Shown: positions 19,464-29,877 of the stretch, one piece after another
Layout of the letters: every line of letters starts with the position of its first letter
Position numbering within the stretch: the stretch's first letter is position 1
Assembly (NCBI GenBank): GCA_038740425.1
Contig: JAVYLV010000001.1
Span: 1-61,218, forward strand
Source of the DNA: Thermoplasmatota archaeon
GTDB lineage: Archaea; Thermoplasmatota; E2; DHVEG-1
DNA length: 61,218 nucleotides
Direction of reading: 5' to 3'
Position numbers and translations under genes: made by a program
Notes under the pieces: model-generated
Told to the model about the DNA's origin: nothing
What the model saw: only the letters and a program-made list of their open reading frames with translations
Database searches by the model: none

Positions 19464-21311
19464 ATGGATTTCTATGTAGTTAAACGTGATGGTCCTGCTC
19501 GTATAGGTGAATTAAAAATCAATGGTAGTGTGATAAAGACACCTAATTTGTTATTTCCCTTTACCAAAAGGTATAAACCACCCAAATTCGCTGAGTTTCT
19601 AATATCAGATGAAATAAAGGATAAGATGGATAAACCATGCCTATGTACGCATGGCAGTTTATTTTCATCATCCAAGGGTTCACCACATAAAAAAAACTGT
19701 ATCCCTCGTTACGTTCTACCCAGTGATGTACCACTTGATCTGCATTCTATCATCCTAGATCTATATGATAAAGAGATTAAAACATCATGGATGATTATCC
19801 CGTCTAACAATGAGGTTTTAAACAGTATAAAAATAAGAGATGATGTTAAAGGCGTCATCGTCGGTAATGCTGATCATTTAATGTTCAAACCTCGTCTGTT
19901 AGTTGATTTCATAATAAATCTGAGAAGACGCATAGGTTATCAGCGTTTGATATATTTACCAGGTGTCGCTGATCCTAGTAATCTCTCTCTTCTATGTTAT
20001 CTAGGTGTTGACCTGTTGGATTCTTTAGATGGTATATCTGCAGCTAGAGCTAACATGTTGTTAACCCCTGATGGCAGTTACAATGTTAAAGACTTATATG
20101 AAACACCCTGCTCATGCCCTGTGTGTACCAGTATCAATGATCCATCAAATATGAGTTTCATAGACATCCTTAACCATAACTATAACGCTTATCACAACGA
20201 GTTAAAAACCATTAGGAACGCCATAAGACAGGGTACCACAAGGGATATAGTTGAGAGAAGGATAAGGTTTAAACCTGAATGCACAGCGATACTTCGTATA
20301 CTTGACTCTGATTATTACAATTTCCTAGAGGAACGAACACCGTTAGTAAAGAAAAAAATGTTAATAGCAACTAGTAAAGAATCATTATCAAGACCTGAGA
20401 TTAAAAGATTTCAAGAGAGGGTAAAGCAACGTTATCATAAACCAGAAAGCACTAGAATCCTAGTTCTACTACCTTGTTCAGCCAAAAAACCTTACTCATT
20501 CTCTAAAACCCATCAATTATTCAGGAGATATATCAGTAATGTACCTAAATCATCGATTGTACATGAAGTTGTAATCACATCTCCTATAGGTTTAGTCCCG
20601 AGGGATTTAGAACTAGTATATCCTGCTTCTAGGTATGATACACCTGTTACAGGTGTATGGGATGAAGATGAGAAAAAGATGATACGCGACTTACTAAAAG
20701 TGTATCTAAAATCAAATAAGTATGATTACACCATAGTTCATCTCCCTAGAATAATGCAAGATTTCATAATTGATCTGCTCGAAGAACCAATTATAACATG
20801 CGTTGATACACCAACATCAGAGAAATCCCTATGTTTGTTAAATGAAAAACTAATGAGAGTGACAGGGGAATATGAAGATGTACCATATAAATCACGTATG
20901 CTAGAGGATGTGAAGTCACTTGCATGTTTTCAATTCGGTAGAGATGCAGGTATAGACATCGTTAAAGATTGTGAAGTAAAGGGGAGATACCCGGAGTATA
21001 GATTGTTTTCTAAGGGGAGGCAGATCGCGATGATCCCACATGAAAGAGGTTATCTGTCTCTAACCATAGAGGGGGCTAAAAGGTTGTATAACACAGGGGT
21101 GTACTGGGTGTCAGCAGATGATGATTTTCCATTAAAAGGATCCCTACTGTCACCTGGTGTGAAGGATGCTGATCCTTGTATACGTATCGATGATGAAGTA
21201 GTAGTAGTGAGAGACGATATAGTATATGCTGTTGGAGTAGCGCAGATGAATGGTTTAGAGATGATAGAATCTGAGAAAGGAGAAGCGGTTAGAATAAGAC
21301 ATACTTTATAA
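19464..21311 (+). CDS. arcS: Archaeosine synthase ArcS (TGT-like N-domain + DUF5591 + PUA)
   Basis: Has a TGT-like N-terminus (RDGPARIGELKINGSVIKTPNLLFP), a zinc motif (CSCPVC) and a DUF5591-like LLPCSAKKPYSFSKTH. A C-terminal PUA-like segment is also present (...GVKDADPCIRIDDEVVVV...GEAVRIRH). Confidence 0.7.
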   Translation: MDFYVVKRDGPARIGELKINGSVIKTPNLLFPFTKRYKPPKFAEFLISDEIKDKMDKPCLCTHGSLFSSSKGSPHKKNCIPRYVLPSDVPLDLHSIILDLYDKEIKTSWMIIPSNNEVLNSIKIRDDVKGVIVGNADHLMFKPRLLVDFIINLRRRIGYQRLIYLPGVADPSNLSLLCYLGVDLLDSLDGISAARANMLLTPDGSYNVKDLYETPCSCPVCTSINDPSNMSFIDILNHNYNAYHNELKTIRNAIRQGTTRDIVERRIRFKPECTAILRILDSDYYNFLEERTPLVKKKMLIATSKESLSRPEIKRFQERVKQRYHKPESTRILVLLPCSAKKPYSFSKTHQLFRRYISNVPKSSIVHEVVITSPIGLVPRDLELVYPASRYDTPVTGVWDEDEKKMIRDLLKVYLKSNKYDYTIVHLPRIMQDFIIDLLEEPIITCVDTPTSEKSLCLLNEKLMRVTGEYEDVPYKSRMLEDVKSLACFQFGRDAGIDIVKDCEVKGRYPEYRLFSKGRQIAMIPHERGYLSLTIEGAKRLYNTGVYWVSADDDFPLKGSLLSPGVKDADPCIRIDDEVVVVRDDIVYAVGVAQMNGLEMIESEKGEAVRIRHTL

Positions 21312-21407
21312 AAGATACACATAATCAGATATTAGTAAAAATAAAAACTTTTCAAATCATTCAATCTCATTTAACATAAATACAGAAAAATATCTTTAAA
21401 AATTATA

Positions 21408-21481
21408 CGGGCTTGGAGGGATTCGAACCCTCGACCCATCGGTTAAGAGCCGATTGCTCTACCTAGCTGAGCTACAAGCCC
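21408..21481 (-). tRNA. tRNA-Lys (anticodon CUU), no encoded CCA
   Basis: The reverse complement folds as a canonical 74-nt cloverleaf. Acceptor GGGCTTG/CAAGCCC, D stem GCTC/GAGC, anticodon stem ATCGG/CCGAT with loop CTCTTAA, T arm GAGGG-TTCGAAT-CCCTC, discriminator G. Confidence 0.9.
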
Positions 21482-21530
21482 AAGAAAATAAGAGAAAGGA
21501 GAGGGCGGGAGAAAAAATGAATTATCTATA

Positions 21531-22196
21531 TTAATCTTTTTCCTCATGTTTTTTAACGCTAGATTCATCAACCCTTGATATATACTTAGCGTCGATTCTA
21601 TCAGTGATATAAACATCCTTACCAGCATGATATATTTTTACTCCATCCTGTCTTGCTTTAGCACCATCGATTCGCAGTATCAAGGGTGTATCAACGTGCA
21701 TACGCCCAGCCTCTAATGCTTTCTCTACGCTACCACTTAGATGAACCTTCTTACGGTCAACAGGGTTTAAACCTTGTTCAAGTATGATATCAATCTCCTC
21801 CTCAGTGGCAGGATAATAGAACTCATCCCTCTCAGCTAATGGTAGATCATCAAGGTTAACATCTATAGAATGGCCATATGTTGCTCTTATCATCCCTCCA
21901 TCTATCTGGTATCTACCCTTAGGATCAGTAGCGACTATAGCTTCTAAATGTTTAGGACGAAGCCATTGGAAACCTGATCTACTAATACCTATAGCCTTGA
22001 TGAAATCAGAGATATCTACCCATCCGTGACCATCTATCACCAAACCTATCTTCTCCGGGAAATGACGTAGTACACCCGCCATTATCCTCCCTAACGAGTC
22101 TATCTCATTATCATTCATCAAGAATTTACCCTCTTTACCGCATTGAGGACAAACCTTGCCACGATAATAACCATGTATCTCACATTCAGCTAGCAT
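21531..22196 (-). CDS. kptA: RNA 2'-phosphotransferase (Tpt1/KptA) with short N-terminal Cys/His knuckle
   Basis: Has LGRIMAGVLRHFPEKIGLVIDGHGWVDISDF and IRATYGHS, typical of KptA/Tpt1. An extra N-terminal CEIH-x7-CPQC segment is present. Confidence 0.8.
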   Translation of the reverse strand: MLAECEIHGYYRGKVCPQCGKEGKFLMNDNEIDSLGRIMAGVLRHFPEKIGLVIDGHGWVDISDFIKAIGISRSGFQWLRPKHLEAIVATDPKGRYQIDGGMIRATYGHSIDVNLDDLPLAERDEFYYPATEEEIDIILEQGLNPVDRKKVHLSGSVEKALEAGRMHVDTPLILRIDGAKARQDGVKIYHAGKDVYITDRIDAKYISRVDESSVKKHEEKD

Positions 22197-22301
22197 ACAA
22201 TATCACTATTCAAGGGGGTATATTGCTCTTGAAAGTATAAGTTTTTGTATTATATTCTATATTTCAGATACTGGGGTGATAGACCCTTGGAAAAAGAGGA
22301 T

Positions 22302-22961
22302 ATGAAAAAGTTAGCAGCTGAAAAAGCAGTTGAGTACGTAGAGGATGATATGGTCATTGGTTTAGGCACAGGATCTACCATATCTTATACTATAAAAAAG
22401 CTAGGAGCGATGGTAAAAAATGGTTTAAGAATAGAGGCCATACCAACATCACAACAGACTAAGAAATTAGCTACAGAAAATGGTATACCACTAATAGAGT
22501 TAGATGAGAGTACACTAATTGATTTAACCATCGATGGTGCAGATGAGGTTGATTCTGATCTTAATCTTATAAAAGGAGGAGGAGGGGCTTTAACACGAGA
22601 GAAGATCGTAGCCTATCATTCTAAAAAGGTGATGATAGTTATAGATGAATCAAAGATTGTTAAAAGATTAGGATGTGATTTCCCAGTACCTGTAGAGGTT
22701 GTGAGATTCGGCTGGTCAGCTACAAAGAAAGCTGTTGAGCATCTAGGTGGTAAATGTGAACTTAGAAGGATCATGGATGAGGTTTACATCACTGACAACC
22801 AGCATTATATTATAGATTGTGATTTTGGTCCTATTGTTAACCCTGAAGAGCTGGATTCTGCGATTCGTAGCATACCCGGTGTTATCGAAACAGGTTTGTT
22901 CATAGGGTTAGTTGATAATGTTATAGTAGGTAGCAGTCAGGGTATAATGATATTAGGATAG
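22302..22961 (+). CDS. rpiA: Ribose-5-phosphate isomerase A
   Basis: Motifs present: GLGTGST, DGADEVD, KGGGGALTREK. Start placed at MKKLAAEKAV; the ORF-track start at 22245 is probably too far upstream. Confidence 0.9.
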   Translation: MKKLAAEKAVEYVEDDMVIGLGTGSTISYTIKKLGAMVKNGLRIEAIPTSQQTKKLATENGIPLIELDESTLIDLTIDGADEVDSDLNLIKGGGGALTREKIVAYHSKKVMIVIDESKIVKRLGCDFPVPVEVVRFGWSATKKAVEHLGGKCELRRIMDEVYITDNQHYIIDCDFGPIVNPEELDSAIRSIPGVIETGLFIGLVDNVIVGSSQGIMILG

Positions 22962-23066
22962 TATCTAATAAGGATTGATATTGGAATAGAGATATTTCAA
23001 ATAAAAAACATCTGCATAACATATATTAGATTCCAGGGTAACATAAGATAGATAAAGAGAGAGAAA

Positions 23067-23765
23067 ATGTTTGATAAGGGTAACCATTCTCTGAGAAAAA
23101 TTAAGAATACTGTCGATGAACTAACAGATAAATTAAACTCTCTAGAAGTGGATGTGCATTGGTATCGTCGTATTGCTCATACATTTGCATCATCATTCCT
23201 AGTATACTATCTTCTACCTGATGAGCCATACTATATCTATCGATTATCTTTACCTATTATTATATTTATATTAGTAGCAGTGATAGAGTATCTACGTTTG
23301 TACCGATATATAGATGAAGGTTTATTCTTTGGTTTAAGGAGATACGAGAAAGGACGGATTGGCGGATATCTATACTTCGCGTTTGGTTTCCTATTACTGA
23401 TATTGTTATTCCCACAACAGATAGCTATACCATGCGTGTTATGCGTATGCTTCACTGATCCTGTTATGGGTGAGTTACGATACAGATTTAATAATATAAT
23501 ATATGCTGGTGTTATAGGGTTCGTTGTTAGCTTCGTGTTTTTCTTCATCACATGGTTTCATTCTATTGATATAGTTATAACAATTCTTATCTCTGTTATA
23601 GGCGGATCATTAGCTGTTATAGGCGAGTTATGGAAGAATAAATGGATCGATGATGATTTTTTAATGCAGATGCTGCCAGCTGTGGGGATTTTTATAATCT
23701 GGCAGATGTTGAAATTAAATGGTGTTGATATATTACCATCACCGTTATTATACCCTATAATCTAA
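23067..23765 (+). CDS. Polytopic membrane protein, function unknown (possibly polyprenol kinase/CTP-transferase-like)
   Basis: Has about 6 hydrophobic segments. The family assignment is speculative. Confidence 0.35.
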   Translation: MFDKGNHSLRKIKNTVDELTDKLNSLEVDVHWYRRIAHTFASSFLVYYLLPDEPYYIYRLSLPIIIFILVAVIEYLRLYRYIDEGLFFGLRRYEKGRIGGYLYFAFGFLLLILLFPQQIAIPCVLCVCFTDPVMGELRYRFNNIIYAGVIGFVVSFVFFFITWFHSIDIVITILISVIGGSLAVIGELWKNKWIDDDFLMQMLPAVGIFIIWQMLKLNGVDILPSPLLYPII

Positions 23766-23778
23766 AGAGAGGAGAATC

Positions 23779-24066
23779 ATGAATAGGTATCATATTAAAA
23801 AGGAGTATATAATACACAATTCACGTCTCAGACGTAAGATCAGAGTAGAACTGATATCAGCACCTCTACTCATCATTATACCATTAGCTATATCCTCATT
23901 TTTCCTATATGATTGGTTTACTCGCGGGTTCATGAACAATACCTCTATGTACAACGGTGAGCTCATAGTGGGTTTATTGATACTATTAGGTAATATAATA
24001 TGTGGTATACCTTTTATAAGATCAGTTAGATCGCTAAGTAAAGAAATGCATGACGCATCGGACTAA
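23779..24066 (+). CDS. Small membrane protein (2 TM), unknown
   Basis: Two hydrophobic segments (LISAPLLIIIPLAISSFFLY; LIVGLLILLGNIICGIPFI). Lies 13 nt downstream of the previous gene. Confidence 0.3.
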   Translation: MNRYHIKKEYIIHNSRLRRKIRVELISAPLLIIIPLAISSFFLYDWFTRGFMNNTSMYNGELIVGLLILLGNIICGIPFIRSVRSLSKEMHDASD

Positions 24067-24129
24067 TACTTAAAAAAATATAGTTTGATGATTTCAAACT
24101 GGCATTTCCCCAGAAGAGAATAATGACTG

Positions 24130-25722
24130 CTAATTTATTTTATCAGATTTATTCTTCATCTTAGACAAAATGTATCTTAGTGTGAGGAATGCTAAAGTTG
24201 TACCTACAAATACACCTACTATAGATGGTAGGTTATCAATAATTGATGTCTTCTCAGATAACTGTATGGTTATCGTTAGCATTATAATAGTCACAGCGCC
24301 TATAACATAATGTATCATACGGTCACTTTTAGCTAAACTCCTAAGATTAGGTGTTGGTCTTGTAACCTTAGTAGTAGTATCTCCATAGGATTTACATGTA
24401 TCACAGAACCATTTTTTACTAGTAGCATTTAAAATAAGAGGAGAACCACATTCTATGCAATGTGGATGATGATAACGCACCAACTTAGTCTTGGTTTTAC
24501 CTATCATCCTTAACAATGGTGATACCATACTAACCCTGAGCAAAGGAGGAGTAACCAAGCAGCTAACAATAATCAGGAAGAATGTAGCTATTTTAATCTG
24601 ATTAGCCAAAAAACCAGTAGGATCACCAAATACCCCCCTGTTTATACCTGTAGTAGCGATGATTAACGCTACACCCATGATAGGCATCATCCCTATACCT
24701 ATGCTTATTGACTCACTCCTACTTAAACCAGATAACCTAGAGCCGATAGCACCACCTAGGAAATTACCTAACAGAGCTAACATGATATACACAGCTATGA
24801 AGAGTACTGTCGCGTATAGGTCAGGTGAATCAGCTAAAGCTAGGAAATTAAAACTAGCACCAACCCATACAAAGAAGAGAGGTATAAGAAAAGCATAACC
24901 TAGTATCTTTATATATTCAACTAGCATAGCAACTTGAGGTATCCTTCTTATAAATAAACCTGCGATAAAAGCACCTATAATAGCAGTGAGACCGAGATTC
25001 TCAGCGAACGCAGCACACAAAAAACAAACCAAAAGACCAAGTGTTAGAACTAATACAGGCGTCTGATTCTTCTTTCTTATACGAGATGATGCATAATGCA
25101 CTATGATATAACCCAGAGTGAAAGCAATGAGAAAGAATAGCAAGACTTGTACTATTAATACTAACGAGTTACCTATTCCAAATACAACAGCGAAAATGAT
25201 CATCGCTAGGATATCATTAACTATTATAGCAGTATGAATAGTTAAACCTATACGTGTTGATAATAAATCCATATCAGTTATGATACGTATTGTTATACTA
25301 GCAGATGAAGCAAGGAATATCGCACCTATAGCCATGCATTGCAAGTAATTCAAACCAAATAAAAAACCAAATAAACAACCTAATATAAAAGGCATGAAAA
25401 CACCGAATACACCAGCGTATACACCTGATTTCTTTGTTTTTTTAAGACCGTTAATATCAGTCTCTAAACCAACAAGAAATAATAGAAATATTATACCTAT
25501 AGATGCGAATTCTTGGAATTCAGGTGATGTAAAATCAAACTTGAAGTTAAACATGGTTGTACCAAAAAACGTGATGGATAAGCCTGAGAGGGCACCTAGA
25601 CCACAGGGACCTAATACTATACCAGCTATGATTTCACCTAGTACACCAGGTTGTTTCATCTTCTCAAATAGCACGTTGAATATCTTAGCGAAGAGTATAG
25701 CTATAGCGATCTCAATCAGCAT
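24130..25722 (-). CDS. Cation:proton antiporter (CPA2/Kef-type) with C-terminal zinc ribbon and extra TM
   Basis: The N-terminus (LFEKMKQPGVLGEIIAGIVLGP) and about 12 TM segments are typical of Na+/H+ exchanger family proteins. The C-terminus carries HCIECG...CDTC. Confidence 0.8.
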   Translation of the reverse strand: MLIEIAIAILFAKIFNVLFEKMKQPGVLGEIIAGIVLGPCGLGALSGLSITFFGTTMFNFKFDFTSPEFQEFASIGIIFLLFLVGLETDINGLKKTKKSGVYAGVFGVFMPFILGCLFGFLFGLNYLQCMAIGAIFLASSASITIRIITDMDLLSTRIGLTIHTAIIVNDILAMIIFAVVFGIGNSLVLIVQVLLFFLIAFTLGYIIVHYASSRIRKKNQTPVLVLTLGLLVCFLCAAFAENLGLTAIIGAFIAGLFIRRIPQVAMLVEYIKILGYAFLIPLFFVWVGASFNFLALADSPDLYATVLFIAVYIMLALLGNFLGGAIGSRLSGLSRSESISIGIGMMPIMGVALIIATTGINRGVFGDPTGFLANQIKIATFFLIIVSCLVTPPLLRVSMVSPLLRMIGKTKTKLVRYHHPHCIECGSPLILNATSKKWFCDTCKSYGDTTTKVTRPTPNLRSLAKSDRMIHYVIGAVTIIMLTITIQLSEKTSIIDNLPSIVGVFVGTTLAFLTLRYILSKMKNKSDKIN

Positions 25723-26042
25723 GAAGTATGCATCCCGTCCACTAACTATTGAAGGTTATACTAAATCACCTATATAAATTAATATACTTTTTTAATAATA
25801 TTGAAAGGAAAACGACTTTCAATTTTTGATGATTTTACAAGGTATAAACAGGATCCAAAGGATACACACCGTATGAAAAAATAAACAGTATACACCTTGT
25901 ACAGAAGAGAATGAACTACCTTTAACTATTACATTAATGAATAGAACGACGAAGTTGCTGTTTGCGTAGCTCACAACTTTAGGAGTTATTCTTTTCTTTT
26001 GTGTGTTCCATACTGTAGAAGAAAATGCTTTCTCAGTTATTA

Positions 26043-27125
26043 TTATCTATTATAATTACGTGATTTTTTAATTAAAAAAACAAGTATTATTGTAATTATT
26101 ACAAAAATCATTTCGAAACCTGGTGATTGTTTAGATTTAACAATCACAAATGTAGTATCAACATCAGTAAGACCCATTTCATCTGTTACAGTTAGTACAA
26201 CTGTATAATTACCTGGTCTGGTGTATATATGAGTGGGATTCTGAGACCACGAAGTGTTCCCATCACCAAAATCCCATCGATACGTTAACGTTTTTTCTTC
26301 AGGATCATAACAATCGCTCCCATCAAAGTTAATAGCGCTCAAAATCGTACCAACATAAGGACCGCCTGCATCAGCAACTGGCGGGTTATTTTCTTCAACA
26401 ACATGCTCATATAAATATCGAACTTCGGAGTCATTTAATGCTCTGTTGTATAATCTTATCTCGTCAATTATACCATTGGAAAACACAGTTTTATAATGAA
26501 CACCAAATTCAAGTGGTTCATCGTTTTGTCGCAATCTCCCAGAGAAGACAACCGTAACATTCTCTATTTCCCCGTTGATATATAGTTTCGCTGATGAACC
26601 GCAACGAGTTCCAACAATATGATACCACTTGTTCAATGATAAACTCGTCTGAGAACGAATGTCAACCCACTTTTCATCAGCAGCATGTAACTGAAAACTT
26701 GCTTTAAGTGGAGGATAACACGTACCTGTACCTAGAAAATAAGAGTATGTAGCACCTTCTGTTCCCTTCGAAACGAGTGGATTTGTACGTGGGATAGAAA
26801 TAAGCTTTATCCATATTGATATCGTTATATCTGTCGTGATGTCTAAACTACTATTATCAGGTATAGTCACTTTGTCATCGACACCGTCAAGTAACAATCC
26901 TGAATTTGATATACCTTGTGCCCATTCTGCGTTTCCGTAAACAATCCCATGATTATTAAATGATGAATAGTCCTTTACTATTGCTCCCTTTCCCTCATCG
27001 AATTTCCAATAACCGACCAATCCTGCGTCTAATTCATATTTAGCTTTACAAATGCTTACGAAATATCCGCTGCTTAAACCAAAACATAAAACCATAATTA
27101 ATAAGATAATAATGGATTTTTTCAT
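26043..27125 (-). CDS. Surface protein: LamG-like jelly-roll + PKD domain + C-terminal TM anchor
   Basis: Has a signal peptide and a LamG-type region (GLVGYWKFDEGKG...IDEIRLYNRALNDSEV). A PKD signature (YRWDFGDGNTS...HIYTRPGNYTVVLTVTD) and a terminal TM follow. Confidence 0.75.
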   Translation of the reverse strand: MKKSIIILLIMVLCFGLSSGYFVSICKAKYELDAGLVGYWKFDEGKGAIVKDYSSFNNHGIVYGNAEWAQGISNSGLLLDGVDDKVTIPDNSSLDITTDITISIWIKLISIPRTNPLVSKGTEGATYSYFLGTGTCYPPLKASFQLHAADEKWVDIRSQTSLSLNKWYHIVGTRCGSSAKLYINGEIENVTVVFSGRLRQNDEPLEFGVHYKTVFSNGIIDEIRLYNRALNDSEVRYLYEHVVEENNPPVADAGGPYVGTILSAINFDGSDCYDPEEKTLTYRWDFGDGNTSWSQNPTHIYTRPGNYTVVLTVTDEMGLTDVDTTFVIVKSKQSPGFEMIFVIITIILVFLIKKSRNYNR

Positions 27126-27265
27126 TTTTGTACCAACCTCTTTTGAAAAATTTTAGTTTATATAAAAAGATAAACAATTTATATGCTTTTTTGTTTTTTT
27201 TCATGCTCGGAGCATGACTTTTAGAAACCTATAAAAACACTTTCCATGTTCTTATTGTTTAAAAT

Positions 27266-28675
27266 ATGAGAGCACTTCTAGCTAATATGGGTTTTGTACT
27301 TCAGATATCAGGGTTATTCATAATCTTACCGATAATAGTCTCATTCATCTATAATGAATTTTATGCTACTATCGCATTGTTCATAGCAGCTACAGCTTTC
27401 CTCGCATTTGGATTCTTACTGAATGCTCTATGTGAGAGAAGAGAGTTATCATACAAGGAGTCATGTACACTCATAGTTATGGTATTTATTGTTTTAAGTA
27501 TAGTGGGTGCTGTACCATACATGTATCTTAATATATCTAACGGTGACGCAGTGAATAACTTCACCGATAGTGTCTTCGAAGCTGCATCAGGTTTCACTAC
27601 TACAGGTTTTACAGTTGTATCAAATATATCACTTCTACCTAAATCAATAATAATGTATCGTGCGTTAACACAGTTCGTAGGTGGTATAGGTATAGTACTA
27701 GTTCTATTAGCATTCTTTTACCCTGATGAGAAGCTGTACGATTTCTCCAGAGGTATGGGCTTCACAGTTAATCATAAGATAAAGAAGACGTTCTACATGA
27801 TCCTTGTTATATATTGTATCTATACTTTCATCATGATTGCTCTAGGTTTTGTATTAGGGTATCATGATGGTGTAAATCTCATATCATTTATATTTTCAGC
27901 TATTAGTACTGGTGGTTTCGCACCTGTTAATGATATCTCTATGATTGTGACTAGCTTCCCGTTGAACTTCATACTGATTGTATCGATGGTTCTGGGCGCT
28001 ACTAACTTCTTTGTCTTAGCTGGTTTATTTAAAAAAAGATTCAAAGAATTCCTATGGTCAGAAACGATGGTGTTCATAATAATAGCTATCTTCTCTATAA
28101 CACTTATAACATTATTTTTTAATCTATCAGGTTTTGGCTCAGCATTTCATGTTATAAGCGCTATGTCAGCCTCAGGTTTCAGTTATATATCAATGCAGAG
28201 TCTAGCCGGTAACCTAAAGATATACTTTATTATACTAATGATTATAGGTGGAGCGGGTATATCAACAGCAGGTGGTATAAAGATATACAGATTGTTGTTA
28301 ATATTAAAATCAATAAAAAAAGCGGTGTACGATGCTATCACGCATAAAGATAAACCTATTAGATTATTCGGCAAAGAATATACTGACTCTGAGATTATAC
28401 AAGCCTTCATATTGATACTAATATGGATAGGTATCATATTTGTATCAGCTTTCATAGTCAGCTCATATGGTTATGATCCTGTAGATTCACTCTTTGAAAC
28501 CGCATCAGCTATAGGAACCAGCGGTCTAAGTGTAGGCATAGTAAATGCATCATTAGTCTTAGAGTTAAAATGGTTATTCTTCTTGTTAATGATCCTTGGT
28601 AGAGTAGAGATATTGGCATTCCTCATAATGATATCGCGTATAAAGGAGACAAAAATTCTTTTTATAAAAACCTGA
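27266..28675 (+). CDS. trkH: TrkH/KtrB-family potassium transporter membrane subunit
   Basis: Has about 10 TM segments with repeated pore-loop motifs (ASGFTTTGF, ISTGGFAP, SASGFS, GTSGLS). Confidence 0.85.
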   Translation: MRALLANMGFVLQISGLFIILPIIVSFIYNEFYATIALFIAATAFLAFGFLLNALCERRELSYKESCTLIVMVFIVLSIVGAVPYMYLNISNGDAVNNFTDSVFEAASGFTTTGFTVVSNISLLPKSIIMYRALTQFVGGIGIVLVLLAFFYPDEKLYDFSRGMGFTVNHKIKKTFYMILVIYCIYTFIMIALGFVLGYHDGVNLISFIFSAISTGGFAPVNDISMIVTSFPLNFILIVSMVLGATNFFVLAGLFKKRFKEFLWSETMVFIIIAIFSITLITLFFNLSGFGSAFHVISAMSASGFSYISMQSLAGNLKIYFIILMIIGGAGISTAGGIKIYRLLLILKSIKKAVYDAITHKDKPIRLFGKEYTDSEIIQAFILILIWIGIIFVSAFIVSSYGYDPVDSLFETASAIGTSGLSVGIVNASLVLELKWLFFLLMILGRVEILAFLIMISRIKETKILFIKT

Positions 28676-28763
28676 GAAAGACGAAGGTTTATATATTAAG
28701 GAGGATAAAAAAAGAAAGACACAAAAAAACATTATTAACTCCCCCTATCTACACGCCAAAAGG

Positions 28764-28771
28764 TTTAAATA
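28764..28771 (+). promoter_or_regulatory. Candidate archaeal TATA box (TTTAAATA) for rpl15e
   Basis: A TTTAAATA preceded by the A-rich BRE-like CCAAAAGG lies 56 nt upstream of the ATG at 28827. The same octamer class occurs at similar spacing before rps15 and fbp. Confidence 0.35.
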
Positions 28772-28826
28772 AAGAACAAATCTTCTATTGCCCCCTTACA
28801 AGAAATTGAGTAGGGTGCTATGAATC

Positions 28827-29414
28827 ATGAGTAAAAGCATGTACGATTATATGGGTGATATCTGGAAAAAACCTGATACGTCATACCAGTCACCGTTAAA
28901 AAACCGTCTGGTGCAATGGAGAAAGGAAGAGAACTTCATAAGAGTTGACCATCCTCTCCGTATCGACAGGGCTAGAGCATTAGGATACAAAGCTAAACAA
29001 GGGTACATTGTAGTCAGAGCGCACGTACGCAGAGGAGGATTAAATAAACCAAAGCTCAAAGGCGGGCGCAAACCTACAGGTAGAGGTATAAATAAGATTA
29101 CACCGGCTAAGAGTACTCAACGTATAGCCGAAGAAAGAACAGCGAAACGTTACCCTAACATGGAGGTTTTAAACTCTTACTGGGTTGGATCAGATGGTAG
29201 ATATCATTATTACGAGGTTATATTAGTAGATCCTCATCATTCTGCAATAATGAATGATTCTAAGATTAACTGGATATGTAAACCATCAAATAGCAGAAGG
29301 GTCTTACGTGGTAAAACTAGTGCTGGTCAACGTGGACGTGGTTTGCATAATAAAGGTAAAGGCGCAGAGAAGGTTAGACCTAGTATAAGAGCAAATAATA
29401 ATAGAGGAAAATAA
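28827..29414 (+). CDS. rpl15e: 50S ribosomal protein L15e
   Basis: Contains MYDYMGDIWKKP...VQWRKEENFIRVDHPLRIDRARALGYKAKQGYIVVRAHVRRGG, the classical eL15 sequence. Confidence 0.95.
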   Translation: MSKSMYDYMGDIWKKPDTSYQSPLKNRLVQWRKEENFIRVDHPLRIDRARALGYKAKQGYIVVRAHVRRGGLNKPKLKGGRKPTGRGINKITPAKSTQRIAEERTAKRYPNMEVLNSYWVGSDGRYHYYEVILVDPHHSAIMNDSKINWICKPSNSRRVLRGKTSAGQRGRGLHNKGKGAEKVRPSIRANNNRGK

Positions 29415-29466
29415 TAAAGAGCTTCTTTTCAGTTTTTAATTTAAAAGTATCAAAGCCATCTTTGTT

Positions 29467-29874
29467 TCATCTTACAACCATTACTGGTTTACGGGCGTAC
29501 TGGACGACTTTGTTAGCTATGCTACCTAAAGGGTATTGGCTTATCTCACTGGAACCACGGCTACCTAGTATTATTAGATCACAGTCTAACTGATTAGCAA
29601 TATCTATGATCTTAGCTGCTACATCACCTTCTTCTACTATACCTTTAACTTTGAAATCATGTAAACCAATATCAGCTATGACGCTATCTATAAGATTACG
29701 TGCTTTTTGTTTTAATTTATCGTAGAATTCTTTACTTACAAAACTATGCTCAGTGTAAGAAGGCACAACAGCTAGTAATATTATCTCACCATTCTCCTCT
29801 ATGATTGATAATGCTTTATTCAAAGCGTTCTCTGATCCTTCTGAGCCGTCAAAACCAATAAGTATACGTCTCAT
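29467..29874 (-). CDS. Universal stress protein (UspA family)
   Basis: Has RILIGFDGSEGSENAL and DLIILGSRGSS...LGSIANKVVQYARKPVMVV, the ATP-binding Usp pattern. Confidence 0.85.
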   Translation of the reverse strand: MRRILIGFDGSEGSENALNKALSIIEENGEIILLAVVPSYTEHSFVSKEFYDKLKQKARNLIDSVIADIGLHDFKVKGIVEEGDVAAKIIDIANQLDCDLIILGSRGSSEISQYPLGSIANKVVQYARKPVMVVR

Positions 29875-29877
29875 ATT

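Noticed and set aside
21443-21628. 61-aa minus-strand ORF overlapping the tRNA
   Set aside because: It reads through the tRNA-Lys gene and the 3' end of kptA, so it is an ORF-caller artefact.
24082-24150. Possible C/D-box sRNA (TGATGA at 24087) between the convergent genes at 24066 and 24130
   Set aside because: No properly spaced D/D' (CTGA) and C' boxes are present. The TGATGA is part of a 7-bp hairpin, AGTTTGA-TGATT-TCAAACT (24082-24100). That hairpin is more simply a structure between convergent 3' ends.
26043-27125. LamG-PKD gene as a horizontally acquired islet
   Set aside because: It is flanked by longer intergenic regions, and its codon usage looks slightly different by eye. I could find no repeats, mobile-element remnants or clear GC shift to support this.
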